From the NCBI RefSeq assembly GCF_002381615.1, contig NZ_DFWY01000078.1, positions 21,268 to 85,267 on the forward strand: a stretch of 64,000 nucleotides of DNA, in the 5' to 3' direction. The stretch comes from Polaromonas sp. UBA4122. Its GTDB lineage: Bacteria > Pseudomonadota > Gammaproteobacteria > Burkholderiales > Burkholderiaceae_C. Below the pieces are notes generated by a model. The model saw nothing but the letters and a program-made list of their open reading frames with translations, was not told the origin of the DNA and did not search any database. This document shows, piece after piece, positions 57,541 through 64,000 of this stretch. Both the position numbers and the translations under genes were made by a program. The first letter of the stretch is position 1; the number at the start of each line of letters is the position of its first letter.

Positions 57541-57786
57541 CTGGCCAAGCCTTGCACCAACTCGCATATCGTAGAAACTTGGAAATAACCTGGCTGCGAA
57601 AACCGGCTCACTGCAACTTGGTCCGGACCGCGTGGCAACTGGCACACCAGCCGCAAAAACCGTCTGTTACAACGGTCCTGTTGTGATGGCCCAATGGCGT
57701 GCAGAAATACACAAATCGTGATACGGTGCATCTGTTGATTTGCCGTGTTTTGACCGGTTTTTGATACTTACCTCACAGGTGAACGG

Positions 57787-58740
57787 ATGCGAAGGCCTGC
57801 CCTTTACAGTAGCTCCCGCCGCTCCAGCCACGACCTCAGTGGCAGTCACTTCCCGGGCGCACCCGATGCCGAAGCGCCGCCACTAGCGCAGCCGCTGGCC
57901 CGCCCTTCCCACCCCTCCCGCTTTTCCCGCCTGATCAAGCACTTCTCTGGCAACACTGGCAACCAGCTGTACCTGCTCTGGTCTGTGGTGGGCCTGCTGG
58001 CTTTGTTGCTGGCCATCGGCTTTTCCCCGTCGCTGGGGCATTCGCCGCGCCAGCTGACCCAGGACGACATCAATGCAGCGGTCTTGAAGACCCTGGAGAC
58101 AATCACCCTACCCTCGCCCGCAGCGAAAGCCTACGAGGCCATCAGCCCGTCGGTGGTGCGCGTTGTGGGCCTGGGCAAAGACAAGGATGGCAAGGAAGCG
58201 GCCGAGCACAGTGTGGGGACCGGCGTGGTCATTGTGGACAAGGGAATCATCCTGACCAACCTGCATGTGGTGCAAGGCGCCGAGACCATCAAGGTCACGT
58301 TTGCGGACGGCCTGGAGTCCATCGCAACGATTACCGGCGTGCAACCGGAAAACGACCTGGCGGTGCTGCAGGCACACACCATTCCGGATGATCTGGCGGC
58401 GGCCACCATGCGCTCAAGCACCGATCTGGCGCCGGGCGATCAGGTGGTGGCCGTGGGCTATCCTTTTGGCATCGGCCCCTCCGCCTCGGCCGGGGTCATT
58501 TCGGGGCTCGACCGCACTTTCCGCTCCCCCGAGGGCAAGCAGCAAATGACCAACCTCATCCAGTTTGATGCGGCCGCCAACCCCGGCAATTCAGGCGGCC
58601 CGCTGGTCACCATGGACGGCGAGGTGATTGGCATCGTCACTGCCATTTACAACCCCAATCATCAACGCACGTTTGTCGGTATTGGTTTTGCCGTGCCGAT
58701 TGAAAATGCAGCCTCGGCTGCCGGCATGACCCCCTTCTGA
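57787..58740 (+). CDS. S1C trypsin-like serine protease, single TM, no PDZ
   Basis: GTGVVI, TNLHVV (His), ENDLAVL (Asp), NPGNSGGPL (Ser). Confidence 0.93.
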   Translation: MRRPALYSSSRRSSHDLSGSHFPGAPDAEAPPLAQPLARPSHPSRFSRLIKHFSGNTGNQLYLLWSVVGLLALLLAIGFSPSLGHSPRQLTQDDINAAVLKTLETITLPSPAAKAYEAISPSVVRVVGLGKDKDGKEAAEHSVGTGVVIVDKGIILTNLHVVQGAETIKVTFADGLESIATITGVQPENDLAVLQAHTIPDDLAAATMRSSTDLAPGDQVVAVGYPFGIGPSASAGVISGLDRTFRSPEGKQQMTNLIQFDAAANPGNSGGPLVTMDGEVIGIVTAIYNPNHQRTFVGIGFAVPIENAASAAGMTPF

Positions 58741-58749
58741 AAGACCCGT

Positions 58750-59773
<1,024 letters not shown>

Positions 59774-59793
<20 letters not shown>

Positions 59794-60847
59794 AGCTATG
59801 AGCCCCCACGCTCCGCCGCTGCGCGGGTCGCTGCCCCCCGAGGGGGCTGGCCTTGCTTGGGGCGGCCCGGCGCTGCGGCCGCCTCAATCCCTTGCTAGGT
59901 CAGCTCCGGCAGCGGGTGCAGAACAGCTGCTGCGCCGACTGGAATGGACGGTGCTGCGCCGTCTTGACGGGCTGCTGCAGGGCGACTACCGCACGCTGCT
60001 GCGCGGCACCGGCATGGACCTGGCCGATCTGCGTGAGTACCAGTACCACGACGATGTGCGCCACATCGACTGGAACGTGACCGCCCGCCTGCAGCAGCCG
60101 CATGTGCGGGTGTTCACCGAAGACCGCGAAATGAGCGCCTGGTTTTTACTCGACCTGAGCCCGTCGGTGGATTTCGGCTCCGGCGAACAACACAAGCGCC
60201 AGGTGTCGACCGAATTCGTCGCCGTACTGGCGCGCCTGCTGACGCGCCACGGCAACCGCGTGGGTGCCCTGCTCTATGGTTCGGGCGTTGATGCGGTGAT
60301 ACCGGCGCGCGGCGGTCGCCACCATGTGTTGCACCTGCTGCATACCCTGCAAACGCGGCCTGATGCCACTGAGGCTGGCCTTACCCGCCTGAACGAGCTG
60401 CTGCAGTCTGCTGCCAACCTGGTGCGTCGGCGCTCCACCCTGTTTGTGGTGTCTGATTTCATCAGCGAACCGGGCTGGGAAAAGCCTTTGGGCTTGCTCG
60501 CCCAGCAGCACGAAGTGGTGGCCGTGCGCCTGCTGGACCCGCTGGAGCTGGCGTTGCCCGATCTGGGCCTGATTCCGATTTGCGATGTGGAAACCGGCGA
60601 GCAGCTGCTGGTGGACACCCATGATGCGGGCTTTCGCAAGCGCTTTGCGCGCATTGCGGCCCAGCGCGAAGCCGAGTTGCGGCAAGCCCTGGCGCGCGCC
60701 GGTGTCGACACGCTGGAGCTCTCCACTGATGACAACCTGGTCGATGCCATCATGCGTTTCACCGACCTGCGCAAACGCCGCAACCGCTCGTCGGGCGCCC
60801 ATGCGGCAGCAGGCAAGCTGCCCGCCCACTTGAGGCACGCCGCCTGA
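59774..60847 (+). CDS. DUF58 (VWA-like) MoxR partner with repeat-derived N-terminus
   Basis: LADLREYQYHDDVRHIDWNVTAR, LDLSPSV, VVSDF; start at 59774 or 59798. Confidence 0.92.
59802..59876 (+). repeat. family B repeat in DUF58 N-terminal coding region
   Basis: GCCCCCACGCTCCGCCGCTGCGCGGGTCGCTGCCCCCCGAGGGGGCTGGCCTTGCTTGGGGCGGCCCGGCGCTGC; encodes PHAPPLRGSLPPEGAGLAWGGPAL. Confidence 0.9.
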
Positions 60848-60865
60848 ACCGCGCCGAGGACGCTC

Positions 60866-61927
60866 ATGACTTTTCTCTGGCCCCAATTTCTCTGGCTGTT
60901 GCTGGCCCTTCCGCTGCTGATCGCGCTATATGTCTGGCTGCTTGGCCGCAAGAAAAAGTTGGCCTTGCGTTACGCCAGCCTGTCCATCGTGCGCGAAGCC
61001 ATGGGCAAAGGCCCGAGCATTCGCCGGCATATTCCGCCACTGCTGATGTTGCTGTCACTCGCGGCCATGCTGGTGGCGTCTTCACGCCCGTCTGCCGTCG
61101 TCACCCTGCCATCGCAACATGAAACCATCATGCTTGCCATGGACGTGTCGGGCAGCATGCGGGCGACCGATGTGCTGCCCAATCGCCTGGTGGCCTCCCA
61201 AAACGCCGCCAAGGCTTTTCTGGCCGATTTGCCGCGCACTGTGCGGGTGGGTATTGTGGCGTTTGCCGGCACCGCCGCCGTGGTGCAGCCGCCCACCCTG
61301 AGCCGCGAAGACCTGACCGCAGCCATTGACAAGTTTCAGCTGCAGCGCGGCACGGCGATTGGCAACGGCATTGTGGTGGCGCTGGCCGAGCTGTTTCCCG
61401 ATGCCGGTATCGACCTCGCCTCCATGCAATACGGCCGGGAGCGCCAGCGCGGAATCTCCCTGGACCAGGCCCTCAAAGATGGCAAAGAGGCCAAGGATAC
61501 GAAGAAGGCCTTCACGCCGGTAGCGCCCGGCTCCTACACCTCAGCCGCCATTATTTTGCTGACCGACGGACAGCGCACCACCGGCGTCGATTCACTCGAC
61601 GCCGCCAATGCAGCCGCCGACCGCGGGGTACGGGTGTACACCGTCGGTGTGGGCACCGTGGCGGGCGAAACCATAGGCTTTGAAGGCTGGTCCATGCATG
61701 TCAGGCTCGACGAGGAAACCCTCAAGGGCATCGCCAGAGCCACACAGGCCGAGTACTTTTATGCGGGTACGGCAGCTGACCTTAAAAAAGTTTACGAGAC
61801 CCTCAGTTCCCGCATCACTGTGGAGAAAAAGGAAACTGAAATTTCTGGTCTGATGGCACTGCTGGCGGCGGCGCTGGCGCTGGTCTCGGCCACTTTGTCG
61901 CTACTCTGGTTTAACCGGATTTTATGA
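60866..61927 (+). CDS. membrane VWA-domain protein (BatA-like)
   Basis: N-terminal TMs, MIDAS DVSGS, TAIG, LLTDG, C-terminal TM. Confidence 0.93.
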   Translation: MTFLWPQFLWLLLALPLLIALYVWLLGRKKKLALRYASLSIVREAMGKGPSIRRHIPPLLMLLSLAAMLVASSRPSAVVTLPSQHETIMLAMDVSGSMRATDVLPNRLVASQNAAKAFLADLPRTVRVGIVAFAGTAAVVQPPTLSREDLTAAIDKFQLQRGTAIGNGIVVALAELFPDAGIDLASMQYGRERQRGISLDQALKDGKEAKDTKKAFTPVAPGSYTSAAIILLTDGQRTTGVDSLDAANAAADRGVRVYTVGVGTVAGETIGFEGWSMHVRLDEETLKGIARATQAEYFYAGTAADLKKVYETLSSRITVEKKETEISGLMALLAAALALVSATLSLLWFNRIL

Positions 61928-62119
61928 GCTTGGCCAGGCGGCCATGGTGATGGGCCAGAGCGCTGAAGCAATCGAGAAATATCGTTTTAGAAAATCTTTG
62001 AAAGGGGTAACGAAAGTCGGCTATCGACCCGAAGCAGAACTTCCAGCGGCTGGAGTGTGCTGCGCGCAAAGTGCTCGTTCAGATCACTGCCGGACACAGA
62101 GTGGTGCTAGCATCCCGCC

Positions 62120-62932
62120 ATGGCTGGAACCGACCAACACGCAGCAATTACCACCTTCGAGTTGAGCAAGCGCTTCGACGACTTCACAGCGCTCGACCGG
62201 CTGAACCTGAATGTGGTGCGCGGCCTGATTTTTGGCCTTCTCGGGCCCAATGGTGCAGGCAAAAGCACGGCGATCAAGATTCTCACCACGCTGCTGGACG
62301 CGAGCTCTGGCTCGGCCACTGTCGCGGGTTTCGATGTGGCGGCGGAACCGGTCGAGGTCAGGCGGCGGATTGGCTATGTGCCGCAGCTGCTGTCAGCCGA
62401 CGGCGCGCTGACGGCCATCGAAAACCTCAACCTCTCGGCCCGCCTGCAAGGTCTGCACGGTGCAGAGCGTGCGGCGCGCGTGAGCGAGGCCGTAGCGTTT
62501 GCCGGTATCGAGGATGTGGCGGGGAAGCTGGTTCGAACCTACTCCGGCGGCATGGTCCGCCGGCTGGAGATCGCGCAGGCGACGCTGCACTACCCGGAAG
62601 TGCTGTTCCTGGACGAGCCGACGATCGGCCTGGACCCCGTCGCCCGGCGGACCGTGTGGGAAAGACTGCTGCAACTGCGGCAGGACAAGGGAATGACCAT
62701 CCTGATCACCACCCACGACATGGAAGAGGCTGACGTCCTGTGCGACGAGCTGGCGATACTTCACCAGGGGCGCCTGGCCGTGGTGGGCAAGCCCGGAGAG
62801 CTCAAGGCGCAGGTGGGGCCGGAGGCCAATCTGGGCGATGTGTTTGCCCATTTCAGCGGCGCTGTGATCGATCACGGCGGCCACTACCGCGATGTGCGCG
62901 AAAGCCGCGATGCCGCCCGGCGGCGGGGGTGA
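62120..62932 (+). CDS. ABC exporter ATP-binding protein (DrrA-like)
   Basis: GPNGAGKST, YSGGM, FLDEPTIGLD, TTHDMEEA. Confidence 0.94.
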   Translation: MAGTDQHAAITTFELSKRFDDFTALDRLNLNVVRGLIFGLLGPNGAGKSTAIKILTTLLDASSGSATVAGFDVAAEPVEVRRRIGYVPQLLSADGALTAIENLNLSARLQGLHGAERAARVSEAVAFAGIEDVAGKLVRTYSGGMVRRLEIAQATLHYPEVLFLDEPTIGLDPVARRTVWERLLQLRQDKGMTILITTHDMEEADVLCDELAILHQGRLAVVGKPGELKAQVGPEANLGDVFAHFSGAVIDHGGHYRDVRESRDAARRRG

Positions 62933-62937
62933 AGCGC

Positions 62938-63708
62938 ATGCTCAATTTTGTCCGCGAGACGGCGGCGGTCGCCGACGCCGAGGTACGCAAGCTGATGCGG
63001 GATCCGTCCGATCTGCTCTCGCGCGCGGTGCAGCCGGTGCTGTGGCTGGCCGTATTCGGGCAGGTCTTCAGTCAGGTGCGGGGCATGCCGACTGGCAATC
63101 TGCGCTACCTGGACTACATGGCGCCAGGCATCCTCGCCCAGAGCATTCTGTTCAGCGCCATCTTCTATGGCATCGCGATCATCTGGGAGCGCGACCTGGG
63201 CATCGTTCACAAGCTGCTGGTCACACCCGCCCACCGCAGCGCGCTGGTGCTGGGCAAGGCCGTGGCGGCGGGGCTGCGGGGGCTGGTGCAGGCCACAGTG
63301 GTCTACCTGGTGGCGATCGCCCTGGAAGTGAACATCCGCTGGGAGCCCTTGCCCATGCTGACCGTGGCTGCCGGCGTCGTCCTCGGGTCGTGCATCTTCT
63401 CAACCTTTTCTCTGGTCATTGCGTGCCTCGTCAAGACGCGCGAGCGCTTCATGGGCATCGGCCAGGTGCTGACGATGCCGCTGTTCTTCGCGTCGAATGC
63501 GCTCTACCCGCTGGACCTGATGCCCGCCTGGCTCAAGACCATTGCGGTGTTCAACCCCCTGACTTATCTGGTGGACGTGTTGCGCGGGGCGATGATTGTT
63601 GGCGGCAGGAGCATCTATGCCGGCAGTACGAGCTTCGGCGTGATGCTGCTGGTATTTGCGGTGCTGTTGGCCCTGGCGTCGAAGCTCTATCCGGGACTGG
63701 CGCACTAG
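62938..63708 (+). CDS. ABC-2 type permease (DrrB-like)
   Basis: YMAPGILAQ, WERDLG, FASNALYP, NPLTYLVD. Confidence 0.92.
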   Translation: MLNFVRETAAVADAEVRKLMRDPSDLLSRAVQPVLWLAVFGQVFSQVRGMPTGNLRYLDYMAPGILAQSILFSAIFYGIAIIWERDLGIVHKLLVTPAHRSALVLGKAVAAGLRGLVQATVVYLVAIALEVNIRWEPLPMLTVAAGVVLGSCIFSTFSLVIACLVKTRERFMGIGQVLTMPLFFASNALYPLDLMPAWLKTIAVFNPLTYLVDVLRGAMIVGGRSIYAGSTSFGVMLLVFAVLLALASKLYPGLAH

Positions 63709-63826
63709 CCTGAGCGGATGCAGCCTCTCTTGAGAACGGACGAGCACCGTAACTGTCACCGCCGAATGATGGAAATTGACCGATCCGACTCCTTCATGCC
63801 TCACCCACGCAAACACCCCTGCACTC

Positions 63827-64000
63827 TCACCCCGCCTCCGACAACTTCCCCAACACCAGCCTGAGATGGCGCCCGCAGCGCGCGGCCAGCGCTTCATCAT
63901 GCGTCACCAGCACAAACGCGGTGCCATGCTCGCGCGCCAGCCGTAGCATCAACTCAAACACACCGTCGGCGGTGGATCGGTCGAGGTTGCCGGTGGGCTC
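63827..64000 (-). CDS. lolD: lipoprotein-releasing ABC ATPase, 3' end only
   Basis: [42 protein letters not shown]...LSEAG*. Confidence 0.75.
   Translation of the reverse strand, partial: EPTGNLDRSTADGVFELMLRLAREHGTAFVLVTHDEALAARCGRHLRLVLGKLSEAG

Noticed and set aside
63827-63870. Suspected disrupted or extended lolD 3' end from an insertion
   Set aside because: Careful translation gives a normal-length end ([12 protein letters not shown]).

Overview
This is a 64-kb chromosomal window from a GC-rich betaproteobacterium. Gene content and order point to the Comamonadaceae, probably Polaromonas/Rhodoferax-like (inference). Most of it is housekeeping: a DEAD-box helicase, orn, rsgA, rpsP-rimM-trmD-rplS, PiT/DUF47, msrA, gcdH, TetR-RND-pcm-rhodanese-tolC, waaA/waaC/PMM, alkA-ogt, ggt, tctBA, a GspE-like ATPase, tatD and the end of lolD. 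There are two accessory-looking blocks: a TctD/E-type two-component system with a NitT/TauT ABC transporter (36.3-41.6 kb), and a mixed block between tatD and lolD (54.4-63.8 kb) that includes an hsdR scar. I found no rRNA, tRNA, CRISPR array or intact transposase/integrase. The most striking signal is two dispersed repeat families that are translated inside genes. Family A is about 55-66 bp, with a GCTAY-N7-RTAGC core and a conserved tail. It has 11 copies, 9 of them inside CDSs or a pseudogene (rsgA, waaA, waaC, alkA x2, an SDR, an EamA, a MUG-like glycosylase, an AEC pseudogene), and some copies seem to overwrite conserved protein sequence rather than insert into it. Family B is about 71-77 bp, GC-rich and structured. 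It has 8 copies, 3 of them read in-frame in ogt, the MUG-like glycosylase and DUF58, and one intergenic copy carries a third REP-like hairpin nested inside it. No mobilising enzyme for either family is encoded in this window. All calls come from reading the sequence and from remembered family motifs; I ran no searches.
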